A stretch of 64,000 bases of DNA from Candidatus Aminicenans sakinawicola JGI OTU-1 (lineage in GTDB: Bacteria; Acidobacteriota; Aminicenantia; Aminicenantales; Aminicenantaceae), in NCBI GenBank assembly GCA_000493965.1, contig AWNV01000007.1, positions 23,351 through 87,350 of the forward strand. Reading direction: 5' to 3'. Positions 17,292 to 26,864 of the stretch are shown here, one piece after another. The notes under the pieces were generated by a model that was not told the DNA's origin, did not search any database, and worked only from the letters and a program-made list of their open reading frames with translations. Position numbers and translations under genes: made by a program. Position 1 is the first letter of the stretch; each line of letters opens with the position of its first letter.

Positions 17292-19802
17292 CTACGTTGT
17301 CTTCAGGCGCCTTGTTTCAGTTATGAACGTCCCGATCAAGGCAGCAAATGTGAATAAAAAGACTCTCCATAGAGCTGTGACTGCAGTATTGCCCAGAAGG
17401 GCTGTAAGCAGCTCACCTTCTCCTGTGAATACAATCAACAGCACTGTGCTTACTACGGCATGAAAGAGACCTGTTAGGGCTCCGCTGATTGCCCCCATTG
17501 TCATTCGTTTTGAGAAGGCAGCACCTCCTGCCCATACAGAAGTCCCAGCAGCCGTGAAAATAGGGAACCAGAGAGCAATCCACCAGATATTGCCGAATTT
17601 GGGTAGATGACCTGTACATTGAAGGTATACTACTTCGGTTAAAGCTAGAAATACAGTTCCTGTAAGCACACAGAGAGGTAAGTGCCAGGTTCTAGGTTTT
17701 AGGCCGGATCGAAGCTTGCTGCGTTGGCGGATGCGCCGGCCTATAGTCAGGGGATAATTGTAGAATAAGTCAAAGAAGGTATGTTCCAGAAGAGCCCCTC
17801 TCTCCCCAAAGACAGGCACGATATGTGCGGCTCCGGTTGCCCAATGTCCAGCCATGAATCGGGCGAGGTCTGGATAGCGGTATGCCATCTGTATCGGAAA
17901 AGCAAGATAACCGATATATTTGAGGAAACTTAAATAAAATGCGATGTTGTAATCTTTGAAATTGCGTTCGTGTAAAACAAGAAAAGACACATAAAAACCT
18001 CGAACAAGCGAGCCGGGCGATATCGGAATAACTTGAAAAAGACCCAGAATAATGCCTGCGTGTACAGAAGCCGCCTGCCACGAGAGTTCCGGGTGCAGAT
18101 TTACATAAGTAAAGGCAACGATAATTGAGACTATTTGTGTTATAGGTACTGTGCAGATATGAACAGCTAGGCTTTTAAGGTATTTCTGGATAAAAGGCTC
18201 CTTTATCTGGGAATTGATTCTTGCTGCCTCTTCAGTGCTCAGGATTCCGTTGTTATGTCCTGTAGAGACCAATTCACGCAGCCATCGTTCTCGGGCATGG
18301 GCTTTGAAATAGAGCCGTAAAGGTCTTGCAAATATGTAATCAAGTGACTGTAATGCAAAGCGGCGGTCTGAAAAAAATCGGTGCATCTTTGCAGGTAATA
18401 TTGAAAGCGGCAGGTGTCCAAGAAATCTCGCAGGATGTCCGGCCAGCTTTTTTGCCCGTTTGGCATCGACACGTCCTGTCCTGTGCCAGCGGATTAGAAT
18501 CTCAGCAATGCGGCTTCTTCCGGCGCGCCGGAAATAGTCGAGGCTGGTAAACAAGCGTGCTAAGTGATGTCTGTAATTTTCTTTCCCCCACAGCCTGCGC
18601 ACAAAATATCCAAGAATTGGAATAAGACCGAGGAAGTAGAAGATCAGGGTTAGAAACTTATTATGAACTAATCTGTTTAAGGTTTTTTTATCGATTATGT
18701 TCCGGATCTTCCAGCTTTTTATACTGCTGTCCATGATGGATGCCCACAGTTTCCTGCTGTAGATCAGTTTAAAATGATGATGTGTGATATCGGGTAGTGA
18801 GCTGCGGTAAGACTTGTCTGCCTCTTTAAGCTCCTCCATGGCATCTTGCATTCCTGTAAAAGTTTCTGGATTGTTATTCACAAAATTCTGCAGTTTGTCT
18901 ATGCTTCCGCGGTCAAACTGAACTAAACTGCCCCGGCCGATGCCTTTGAAGATGAGTTTAAAGTCAGCAGGGCACATAGGAAGAAAAGGAAGAATGGCAA
19001 GGCCGGCACGGAAATCCACTGCCACTAGCCCAGCTTCAGGAGCAGGATCGCTCTCAGTTTGCTTAAGTACATTAGGCTGGCTTTTGAGTGTCCACCATTC
19101 ATACTGGCGGGCCAGTTCTACAGCGCCCATTTCATGTAACAAATCAACAAGCTGGGCCATAAAAATCCGTTTTGAGCGGTACTCTGGGGAACCAGCCCCT
19201 TCCCCGGAATCTCCTGCTTTCCATTTCCGCCTGGCATCCAGGTTGTCGTCTACCTCGAGATGCCACACGCGGCCGTCGATCCACTCGCTGATTTCTCCAC
19301 AGCTCCCGAGAACAGGGTCAATGAAGGTTGCCAGAATATTGACTACAACCTTTTCTGAACCAAAGTATGTTTTCGCTCCCTGCCGGATAAGTTTCTGCCA
19401 AAGAGCACCTGCACGGGCAGCGTCAGGATTGACCTGGAGGGAAAATGGGCCCTGAAAGCCAAGGGCATAAATCACGTTTCGGTATAATTTTGAGAACCCA
19501 GTCGGAGGAATGAGAATTTTCATAGCATAGGTATGGCCCGGATGAATGCCTTCAAGCTGGCCGTCAGCAGATTCAATACTCAGGATTTTTGCCTTGTAAA
19601 CCTGGCCTGCATAGCCCCCGCCTATAAATTTTTCTACTTCTAATTTTAAATGTCCTGTGTTTGCGGGAACGATTCCTTTGACTTCATAAGAGAACTGTGT
19701 CCCTGGTTCATATCGCTGGATGCGCATGGGGCGCAGGATTTTCTGTTCCTGGAAAGTCTCTGTTAATTCCCTTATAGTCTGAATCGAATATTCTATTTCC
19801 AT
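17292..19802 (-). CDS. Large hypothetical protein: N-terminal protein-kinase-like domain plus multi-TM C-terminus
   Basis: IGGGYAGQVYKA (Gly loop), YAMKIL (beta3 Lys), QPNVL and VAVDF; several hydrophobic segments in the C-terminal half. Confidence 0.7.
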   Translation of the reverse strand: MEIEYSIQTIRELTETFQEQKILRPMRIQRYEPGTQFSYEVKGIVPANTGHLKLEVEKFIGGGYAGQVYKAKILSIESADGQLEGIHPGHTYAMKILIPPTGFSKLYRNVIYALGFQGPFSLQVNPDAARAGALWQKLIRQGAKTYFGSEKVVVNILATFIDPVLGSCGEISEWIDGRVWHLEVDDNLDARRKWKAGDSGEGAGSPEYRSKRIFMAQLVDLLHEMGAVELARQYEWWTLKSQPNVLKQTESDPAPEAGLVAVDFRAGLAILPFLPMCPADFKLIFKGIGRGSLVQFDRGSIDKLQNFVNNNPETFTGMQDAMEELKEADKSYRSSLPDITHHHFKLIYSRKLWASIMDSSIKSWKIRNIIDKKTLNRLVHNKFLTLIFYFLGLIPILGYFVRRLWGKENYRHHLARLFTSLDYFRRAGRSRIAEILIRWHRTGRVDAKRAKKLAGHPARFLGHLPLSILPAKMHRFFSDRRFALQSLDYIFARPLRLYFKAHARERWLRELVSTGHNNGILSTEEAARINSQIKEPFIQKYLKSLAVHICTVPITQIVSIIVAFTYVNLHPELSWQAASVHAGIILGLFQVIPISPGSLVRGFYVSFLVLHERNFKDYNIAFYLSFLKYIGYLAFPIQMAYRYPDLARFMAGHWATGAAHIVPVFGERGALLEHTFFDLFYNYPLTIGRRIRQRSKLRSGLKPRTWHLPLCVLTGTVFLALTEVVYLQCTGHLPKFGNIWWIALWFPIFTAAGTSVWAGGAAFSKRMTMGAISGALTGLFHAVVSTVLLIVFTGEGELLTALLGNTAVTALWRVFLFTFAALIGTFITETRRLKTT

Positions 19803-20048
19803 GATGTTTTCAATCGTGCAAGCTCATTTTCGTTTTTTTCGTTTGTGAGTTGGGGTAAAAACAAGGTAATTTTCCATTCAATATTAGACTTTTTTTCCAT
19901 ATTGTCTCCTGCAATATTTAAACATTCAATTGAGTATAAATCAAATTGTTTAAGGAAGTAACATAATAAGCACTCGTTATGTTTGCAGGCAGAGATACAT
20001 ATTTTGTTTTGTCTTGAATTTGAATCTTGTATTAAGTATAAGTATTGT

Positions 20049-20513
20049 ATGAGCCGTAAAGAAGATAGGTATAAATGGGCAGCGAGCCAGGTGCGCTCCA
20101 AGGTTAAACACCATGTGGATACTGTGTCTACACTCGCTAATACAGCAGCAATTCTTAAGGAGAAGTGTACTAACTTTTTCTGGGTTGGCTTCTACTTTTT
20201 CCTTGAAGACTGTCTTGTATTAGGCCCTTTTCAGGGGCCGCCGGCCTGTGCAAAGTTGGGGCTGGATAAAGGGGTCTGTGCTGCTGCCGCCTCGAAGAAA
20301 AGCACAATCATTGTGCCTAATGTACGTCAGTTCCCCGGTCATGTGGCCTGTGACAGCCGATCTAAATCGGAAATCGTTGTCCCTGTATTTGATAAAAATG
20401 GGGCTTTAAGAGCACTCCTTGATGTGGACAGTGAGAAGCCGGGTGATTTTGACCAGACGGATAGGCAGGGATTAGAAACTATTGCCTCCTTACTGTCATC
20501 AATATGGACTTAA
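20049..20513 (+). CDS. msrC: GAF-domain free methionine-R-sulfoxide reductase-like protein
   Basis: WVGFY, LGPFQG, GVC, PGHVACD..SKSEIVVP and LDVDS motifs; start placed at ATG20049. Confidence 0.8.
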   Translation: MSRKEDRYKWAASQVRSKVKHHVDTVSTLANTAAILKEKCTNFFWVGFYFFLEDCLVLGPFQGPPACAKLGLDKGVCAAAASKKSTIIVPNVRQFPGHVACDSRSKSEIVVPVFDKNGALRALLDVDSEKPGDFDQTDRQGLETIASLLSSIWT

Positions 20514-20585
20514 TATGAAATTGCAGTGCTTCCTTTGGCCGTTTAAAATGAGATATAATTGGAAAATGCTGGAAAAGGCCTCGTG

Positions 20586-22721
20586 ATGAAAAGAAAAATA
20601 ACTCCAGTTTGTGTGTTAATTTGTATTTTGATCTGGGGAAATTTTTCGTTTAGCCAGGAGGATTCTATTTCTGGAGAAATTAAATTAATAGCACATTATA
20701 AAGAGAGGCTTAAAGAGTGGATTATTGCGACAGGCAATGTTGAGATTTATTACAAGAGCGTTAAATTATTTGCCGACAGCGTTAAATTGAATACAGAAAC
20801 TAAAGATGTAACGGCTGAAGGCAATGTAGTGATTCAATTGCCCAATGAGAACATTAGTGGTGAAAAGGCCAGCTTTAATTTAGATTCTTCAATAGGAGAA
20901 ATTAAAAAAGTCCATGGTATGATACAGCCCACCATATTTTACGAAGCAGAATCTCTCGAAAGGAAAAGTGAAAGTGTCTATCATTTTCAGAAAGCATGGA
21001 TAACATCTTGCACTCAGCCTGTCCCGCGATGGAAATTTTCCTGTTCTAAGGCAGATTTCAAGAAAAATGATTACATGAAAATGTGGAGTTCTGTGTTATT
21101 TATAAAGAAAGTTCCGGTTTTTTATTTTCCTTATATGAGATATCCTCTCAATGAGGAAAGGGCAACCGGTTTTTTGATGCCTCAATTGGGATATTCGGGT
21201 ATAAAGGGACTTACTTATTCGCAGAGCTTCTACTGGGCGATAAGAAGAAACATGGATGCTACCTTAAATTTAAATTATTACTCGGAAAAAGGTTTGGGAG
21301 GAGGACTCGAATACCGTTATCTATTTCCTGAGGGAACAGGCGGCCAGTTAAACCTGTATTATTTCAATTTTAAAAACACTCTCGATCAGGAAGAGCAACC
21401 TAGTGCTTATATTTTTCGCTTCAAACATAACCAATCTCTTCCTCTCAACTTTAAGCTTGTGGCCGATGTTGACTATCAAAGTTCTTTTGATTTTTTAAGA
21501 CAGTTCGACGACAACTTCGTGCGGGCCGTCGTTTCAAATAGGAGTTCCCAAGTATATCTATCCAGGTCCTGGTCTTATTTTAATATGAGTGCCAGGGCTT
21601 CAAGGTTTGAAACATATTTTATGAACCAGGATAATTCAATAATCAGATACTATCTGCCGCAGATAGGTTTCAGTTCTTCCCAAATAAAGATCTTTTCCCC
21701 ATTATATTTTTCTTTTTCTTCGTCTTTTACGCGATGGGAATATGGATGGGAGTCTGATTATGAAAATAACATCCAGAAAAGCTCACAGAGTTTTGCAATT
21801 AATCCTGAGTTCACATTCCCTTTTACAGCAGTTCCCTGGTTTACGCTGAATTCTTCGATTTCTTCCAATATTAATTATTATTTTAATAGCTATGCACTCA
21901 ACACTAAAACAGTAGTTGATGAACCGATTTTAAGCCACAAGCATGCTCTCAACTTTGAATTTAGTGGGCCTGTCTTTTATAAAATATTTTTTGGGGCTGA
22001 TAAAATGCCAAGGCTGAAGCATATTATTGAGCCCTTTGTGACATATCGCTACGAAACCCCGGTTGCTTCTTCTGACAGGATTATTACTCCAAGCGGTTAC
22101 TATTTTCGATATCATGAAGTCACTTACGGGTTAACAAACCGTTTTTTGCTCAAGCAGGATGAGATGACAAAGGAAATTTTTGTTCTGGGGATATCACAAA
22201 CGTATTATCTGCTTCCAGAAGAAAGCCCTTTAAGCCGTTTCCTGGTTAACAATGAAATACCGCGGTTTACAGATATAAGCAGTTATTTAAGATATTACCC
22301 CAAGGAAAAATACAGTATTGATGTCTCTGCTGGCTTCAACCCCTATTATAAGACTCTTTCCAGCGTTCGAATGGGAGCCAACTTTGGAGTGCCAGAGGAT
22401 CCTTTATTTCTAAGTGTAAATTGGTACAAAAGCATCAACTCCTATTACAAGGATATATGGTATGACCGTCACCAGATAAGCTGTTTTGGTGGGGCAAAGA
22501 TTACCCCCCTTTCCATGGAAGCTATGGCTGAAGTGGATTTTAATATTCAGGAGAAAAAGCTTCTTTATTCTGCTTTTTCTCTGATTTACCATTATCAATG
22601 CCTTGATTTTTCTGCAGATGTTAAAGTATTTTATTTTCGTGAAAAACCAGAGATGTACTTCAGAATCTCTATAGGATTAGGCAACATCGGAAAGTCAACA
22701 GATTTTCTTGGAGGCTTGTGA
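20586..22721 (+). CDS. lptD: LPS-assembly protein LptD
   Basis: Signal peptide, OstA-like N-domain (ATGNVEI, AEGNVVI), TSC, R.TGFLMP, beta-barrel, C-terminal YHYQC. Confidence 0.8.
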   Translation: MKRKITPVCVLICILIWGNFSFSQEDSISGEIKLIAHYKERLKEWIIATGNVEIYYKSVKLFADSVKLNTETKDVTAEGNVVIQLPNENISGEKASFNLDSSIGEIKKVHGMIQPTIFYEAESLERKSESVYHFQKAWITSCTQPVPRWKFSCSKADFKKNDYMKMWSSVLFIKKVPVFYFPYMRYPLNEERATGFLMPQLGYSGIKGLTYSQSFYWAIRRNMDATLNLNYYSEKGLGGGLEYRYLFPEGTGGQLNLYYFNFKNTLDQEEQPSAYIFRFKHNQSLPLNFKLVADVDYQSSFDFLRQFDDNFVRAVVSNRSSQVYLSRSWSYFNMSARASRFETYFMNQDNSIIRYYLPQIGFSSSQIKIFSPLYFSFSSSFTRWEYGWESDYENNIQKSSQSFAINPEFTFPFTAVPWFTLNSSISSNINYYFNSYALNTKTVVDEPILSHKHALNFEFSGPVFYKIFFGADKMPRLKHIIEPFVTYRYETPVASSDRIITPSGYYFRYHEVTYGLTNRFLLKQDEMTKEIFVLGISQTYYLLPEESPLSRFLVNNEIPRFTDISSYLRYYPKEKYSIDVSAGFNPYYKTLSSVRMGANFGVPEDPLFLSVNWYKSINSYYKDIWYDRHQISCFGGAKITPLSMEAMAEVDFNIQEKKLLYSAFSLIYHYQCLDFSADVKVFYFREKPEMYFRISIGLGNIGKSTDFLGGL

Positions 22722-22764
22722 TTCTGAAGAACCGGGAGCGATCCCCATTTTTCAAGGAGGATAA

Positions 22765-23721
22765 ATGAGAGTATTAATCACTGGGATTACAGGATTTGCA
22801 GGAAGCCATCTTGCTGATTACATTCTTGAAAATCATCCTGATGTTAAAGTTTTCGGGATGGTGCGCTGGAGAAGCCGTATGGAAAACATAATCCATATTA
22901 AGGACAGAATAACGCTTTCTGAGGCAGATTTGAAAGACTTTGTTTCTTTAAAAAAGTGTCTGGCCGGAATTAAACCTGACCTCATTTTTCATCTTGCGGC
23001 TCAGAGCTTTGTTCCCTCCTCCTGGAGATTGCCGGCTGAGACGTTTTCTATCAATGCAGTTGGTCAGATCAATCTTTTCGAGGCAGTCCTCAGCCTTGAC
23101 TTTTCGCCCAAGATTCAGATTGCTGGTTCAAGCGAGGAATATGGATTAGTCAACTCGGATGAGGTTCCAATGAAGGAAACGAACACATTACGTCCTCTGA
23201 GTCCTTATGCTGTAAGCAAAGTTGCACAGGACTTGTTGGCATACCAGTATTTTAAGAGTTATGGTTTGAGAGTGGTGAGGACAAGGGGATTTAACCATAC
23301 AGGCCCTCGAAGAGGCGAGGTTTTTATCTGCTCCAATTTTGCAAAGCAGATTGCTGAGATCGAACACGGCAAGAGGGATCCAGTTCTTTATGTAGGCAAT
23401 CTAGAAGCAAAAAGGGATTTTACGGACGTCAGGGATATCGTGCGGGCTTACTGGCTGTCTCTCGAGAAAGGAAAGGAAGGTGACGTTTATAATATCGGTT
23501 CAGGAAAAACTTATGCAATGAAAGAAGTTCTAGACACCCTTATTTCTTTAAGCACTGCCGAGTTTAAGATAGAAATCGACCCTGAAAGATTAAGGCCTTC
23601 TGATGTACCTATCCTTTTATCTGACAGCACGAAATTTAGAAAGATTACAGGATGGAAGCCGAAGATTCCTTTTCAGAAGTCACTTCAAGATTTGCTTGAC
23701 TACTGGAGGGAAAGGGTTTGA
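22765..23721 (+). CDS. GDP-mannose 4,6-dehydratase / Rmd-like extended SDR
   Basis: GITGFAGSH, HLAAQSFV, SSEEYG, YAVSK and FNHTGP motifs. Confidence 0.85.
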   Translation: MRVLITGITGFAGSHLADYILENHPDVKVFGMVRWRSRMENIIHIKDRITLSEADLKDFVSLKKCLAGIKPDLIFHLAAQSFVPSSWRLPAETFSINAVGQINLFEAVLSLDFSPKIQIAGSSEEYGLVNSDEVPMKETNTLRPLSPYAVSKVAQDLLAYQYFKSYGLRVVRTRGFNHTGPRRGEVFICSNFAKQIAEIEHGKRDPVLYVGNLEAKRDFTDVRDIVRAYWLSLEKGKEGDVYNIGSGKTYAMKEVLDTLISLSTAEFKIEIDPERLRPSDVPILLSDSTKFRKITGWKPKIPFQKSLQDLLDYWRERV

Positions 23722-24677
23722 GTTTAAAAGTTTTTATCAGCGGGGCTACAGGGTTTGTGGGACGCCATCTTATCTGCCGGCTGAATTTCCCTCAGTACAC
23801 TATTTACGGCAGCTCTTTTCCCGAGAGACCGGAAGTTTTTAAAGGCCTTGGAGGAGGGAAAATTTTTCACCTGGATATAAGAGCCGAAGAAGAGATCTCG
23901 GAGGTCATAAGAAAAGTCCAGCCTGACTGGGTTTTTCATCTTGCGGCTGTATCTAACGTTAAGCATTCCTGGGAGGAACGCAGAGAAACTCTCGAGACAA
24001 ACATCCTGGGAACTCTTAACCTGTTCGAAGCGGTAAGAAAACATGCTCGGAAAGCGATAGTTCTTTTTGTCAGCTCTTCTGACGTTTACGGGATTATATC
24101 ACCGGGAGAAAGAGTTTTGAAAGAGGAAGATGACACCCGGGCTGTAAATCCTTATGCATTAACGAAGATTGGCGGAGAAATATTGAGCAAGTTCTATTGG
24201 GAAATTGAAAAACTTGATGTCTTAATAGCAAGGTCTTTTCCACATACAGGTCCTGGCCAGGGGCCTGATTTTGCATGTGCTGATTGGGCATGTCAGATTG
24301 CGCGGATTGAAAAAGGATTAGCCGAGCCTGTAATAAGAGTAGGGAACATCGATATCCAAAGGGATTTTACAGACGTAAGGGATGTTGTCAAAGCATATGT
24401 TTCTCTTATGGAAAGAGGAAAAAAAGGGCAGATATATAACATATGTTCAGGAAAAGCTGTCGCTCTTCGGAAAATACTTGAATTTCTTTGTTCTTTGTCT
24501 TCTGAGAGTGTTAGGATTAAGGTTGATTCACGAAAATTGAGGAAGACAGATATTCCATTTCTAATTGGCAACAATCAGAAAGTAAGAAGAGAAACATCCT
24601 GGGAGCCGAAGATACCGCTGGAGCAGACCTTGAGGGATTTGCTTGAATACTGGAGGAAACGAGAGGGCAGCACTTGA
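23718..24677 (+). CDS. Second GMD/Rmd-like extended SDR
   Basis: GATGFVG, HLAA, SSSDVYG, YALTK and FPHTGPGQ motifs. Confidence 0.85.
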   Translation: MSLKVFISGATGFVGRHLICRLNFPQYTIYGSSFPERPEVFKGLGGGKIFHLDIRAEEEISEVIRKVQPDWVFHLAAVSNVKHSWEERRETLETNILGTLNLFEAVRKHARKAIVLFVSSSDVYGIISPGERVLKEEDDTRAVNPYALTKIGGEILSKFYWEIEKLDVLIARSFPHTGPGQGPDFACADWACQIARIEKGLAEPVIRVGNIDIQRDFTDVRDVVKAYVSLMERGKKGQIYNICSGKAVALRKILEFLCSLSSESVRIKVDSRKLRKTDIPFLIGNNQKVRRETSWEPKIPLEQTLRDLLEYWRKREGST

Positions 24678-24726
24678 GGCAGTCGTAAGATTCTCTAAAG
24701 TTCAGGATTGAGAATATTTTCAAATT

Positions 24727-25701
24727 CTACTTCTGGGAAGATAAAGCTTCGATGAGTTCTCCGGTTGTAACTGTGGCCGTCCCGATTTTTCCTACCGCGA
24801 TGCCAGCAGCAGTATTGGCAATTACTGCGGCTTCCAGAATCGAAGCACCTGAGAGAAGCGCAAGGCAAGCAGAAGCAATCACTGTATCCCCTGCTCCAGT
24901 GACGTCATAGACTTGCCTGGCTATCGTCGGAATGTGGAATGGCATTTTTCCCCTTTCAAATACACTCAGCCCAAGTTCGCCCCTTTTGAGTATGAGATAT
25001 TTTGCTTCAATTTGGGAGAGTATTTTCTGACCTGCCTTTTCAACCTGAGCATCAGTAATGCATGGATGATGGACAATTTTTTCTGCTTCAATGTGATTGG
25101 GATTGATGAGTGTTACAGGTGAAAAGGAGAAGAAATTTTCGACTTTTGGGTCTACAAAGACAGGAATTTCTTTTTTCCGGGCGTAAGGCAGGATTTTGTC
25201 CATGAGGGATTTTGAAAGAATTCCTTTATTGTAGTCTGAGATAAGAATTCCATCGTATTTTTCTTGCTGGATGAAGTTAAATATTTGTTTTTCAATTTGG
25301 GAAGAGATTGGATTCTTTTTTTCCTGGTCTACTCTGACAACTTGTTGCTGGTGAGCAATGATTCGTGTTTTTACAGTAGTAGGCCTGGTAGAGTCGGTAA
25401 ATATGCCATGATTATTGGAAGTTGCGTTTCTAACCCATTCTCCATCCTGATCTTTTCCAACTACTCCCACAAGAATAGAAAGGGCTCCGAGGCTTTCCAG
25501 GTTGCGGCTTACATTGCCTGCACCTCCAAGGCAGTATGTCTCTTTTTTTACCTCAACAACAGGCACGGGAGCTTCGGGAGAGATGCGAACAACATGACCC
25601 CATAAGTATTTGTCAAGCATAAGGTCTCCCAAGACAAGAACTCTTTTATCGTTAAAATTGTCGGTAATAGCTTTTATCTTTTTAAGGTCGACTCCTTTCA
25701 T
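24727..25701 (-). CDS. rfaE1: D-glycero-beta-D-manno-heptose-7-phosphate kinase (HldE kinase domain)
   Basis: GDLMLDKY..G.V.RISPEAPVPV, SDYNKG and DVTGAGDTV motifs; start placed at ATG25701. Confidence 0.9.
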   Translation of the reverse strand: MKGVDLKKIKAITDNFNDKRVLVLGDLMLDKYLWGHVVRISPEAPVPVVEVKKETYCLGGAGNVSRNLESLGALSILVGVVGKDQDGEWVRNATSNNHGIFTDSTRPTTVKTRIIAHQQQVVRVDQEKKNPISSQIEKQIFNFIQQEKYDGILISDYNKGILSKSLMDKILPYARKKEIPVFVDPKVENFFSFSPVTLINPNHIEAEKIVHHPCITDAQVEKAGQKILSQIEAKYLILKRGELGLSVFERGKMPFHIPTIARQVYDVTGAGDTVIASACLALLSGASILEAAVIANTAAGIAVGKIGTATVTTGELIEALSSQK

Positions 25702-26864
25702 TGTTTTCCCTCCGTTAGAAAAATAGGATTGGAAACAATCCACGGGACTTTTTTATTCATTGGTGTTCTTTCCTTGAGGTAGACTTCGACCCTGTAAACG
25801 CCTGGCTGTGTCGGCTTATATGACAGCATTTCTTCCCGCGAATGATGAATTGTATTTCCGTTGTGAATAAGAAAAGCTTCCTTAGCAAAAGGAAATGGAG
25901 TTTTAATATAGAGAGTGGTGACGGAATCAAGCGAAGTTATTCCTCCCATTGGGATCTTTTTTTTGCCTTTTTCAGCCCAAAACCGAAATCCATCTGCTTG
26001 AGCAGCAGAGTCCACAGCATTATAAAAATTTCCGTGTTTCAAAAGGTCATAAATCTGGCGTTTGGCAGTTTCAAAGTCCGCTGAAAGAGGTTTTTTGAGA
26101 GGGAGATGAAGCCTGAGTAGGAAGAACAGAGGTCTGTAAAGAAGATGAGCATCCACGCTAAAATAGCCGTAAATCGGATGCAGCTTGTTGAGCGCATCCC
26201 ATTTTTTTATATTTTTTTCCGGTCGGACCAGTATTTTTAGAAGAGCATATTGGGGTTTTATGAATAAGGCTGGCATATGAGGCAGGGAACGGATAAAGTC
26301 CTTTTTCAGCATACTGTCTGCATTTATTATTTCAATTCCTGAATAGTCGATAAACTTGCCCCACGACCAGCTAACTTTTGAGTAAGGATGAGCTATTATG
26401 GTAAATCCATGTAAAGCTTTTATTTGATAAACAGATTCCTCTGCATTTTGAGAAAAAGAATGCGAAGGAGTCTTGAAATCCAGTGCAACAAGATGGCCTC
26501 TGCTTATAGAAAGCTCGGATCCGGAAAGCACAAGTACTCCTTTTTTCCAGCCCTGGCAGGCAAGTGCCTCGAAATTTGGTTCTCCATGGTCCGTAAGAAT
26601 AATGAAATCGAGTGAGGCTGATGAGGCAAGTGCTGCGATTTCTTCGATATTTTTTCTCCCGTCTGAAAAGGTAGAGTGCATATGATAAGCCCCTTCTACT
26701 TCCCGGAGAGATACATCTTGAGAGGATGGTTTGTATGTTTTAAACCTGAAGAGGTTAAAGCTCAGCCACAGGGAATAAATCAGAAATATACCCAGCAGGA
26801 TGTACAGGGATGATAGAACTAAACGTTGTGCTTTTGAACGAGGTGCCTTTTTATTTCTCTTCAT
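25698..26864 (-). CDS. Membrane-anchored PHP-family metallohydrolase
   Basis: N-terminal TM; HMHSTFSDG, LTDH, AHPY and DAH metal ligands. Confidence 0.8.
   Translation of the reverse strand: MKRNKKAPRSKAQRLVLSSLYILLGIFLIYSLWLSFNLFRFKTYKPSSQDVSLREVEGAYHMHSTFSDGRKNIEEIAALASSASLDFIILTDHGEPNFEALACQGWKKGVLVLSGSELSISRGHLVALDFKTPSHSFSQNAEESVYQIKALHGFTIIAHPYSKVSWSWGKFIDYSGIEIINADSMLKKDFIRSLPHMPALFIKPQYALLKILVRPEKNIKKWDALNKLHPIYGYFSVDAHLLYRPLFFLLRLHLPLKKPLSADFETAKRQIYDLLKHGNFYNAVDSAAQADGFRFWAEKGKKKIPMGGITSLDSVTTLYIKTPFPFAKEAFLIHNGNTIHHSREEMLSYKPTQPGVYRVEVYLKERTPMNKKVPWIVSNPIFLTEGKQ

Noticed and set aside
19793-20101. ORF 19793..20101 (-)
   Set aside because: Overlaps the msrC start and a divergent intergenic region; no recognisable features.
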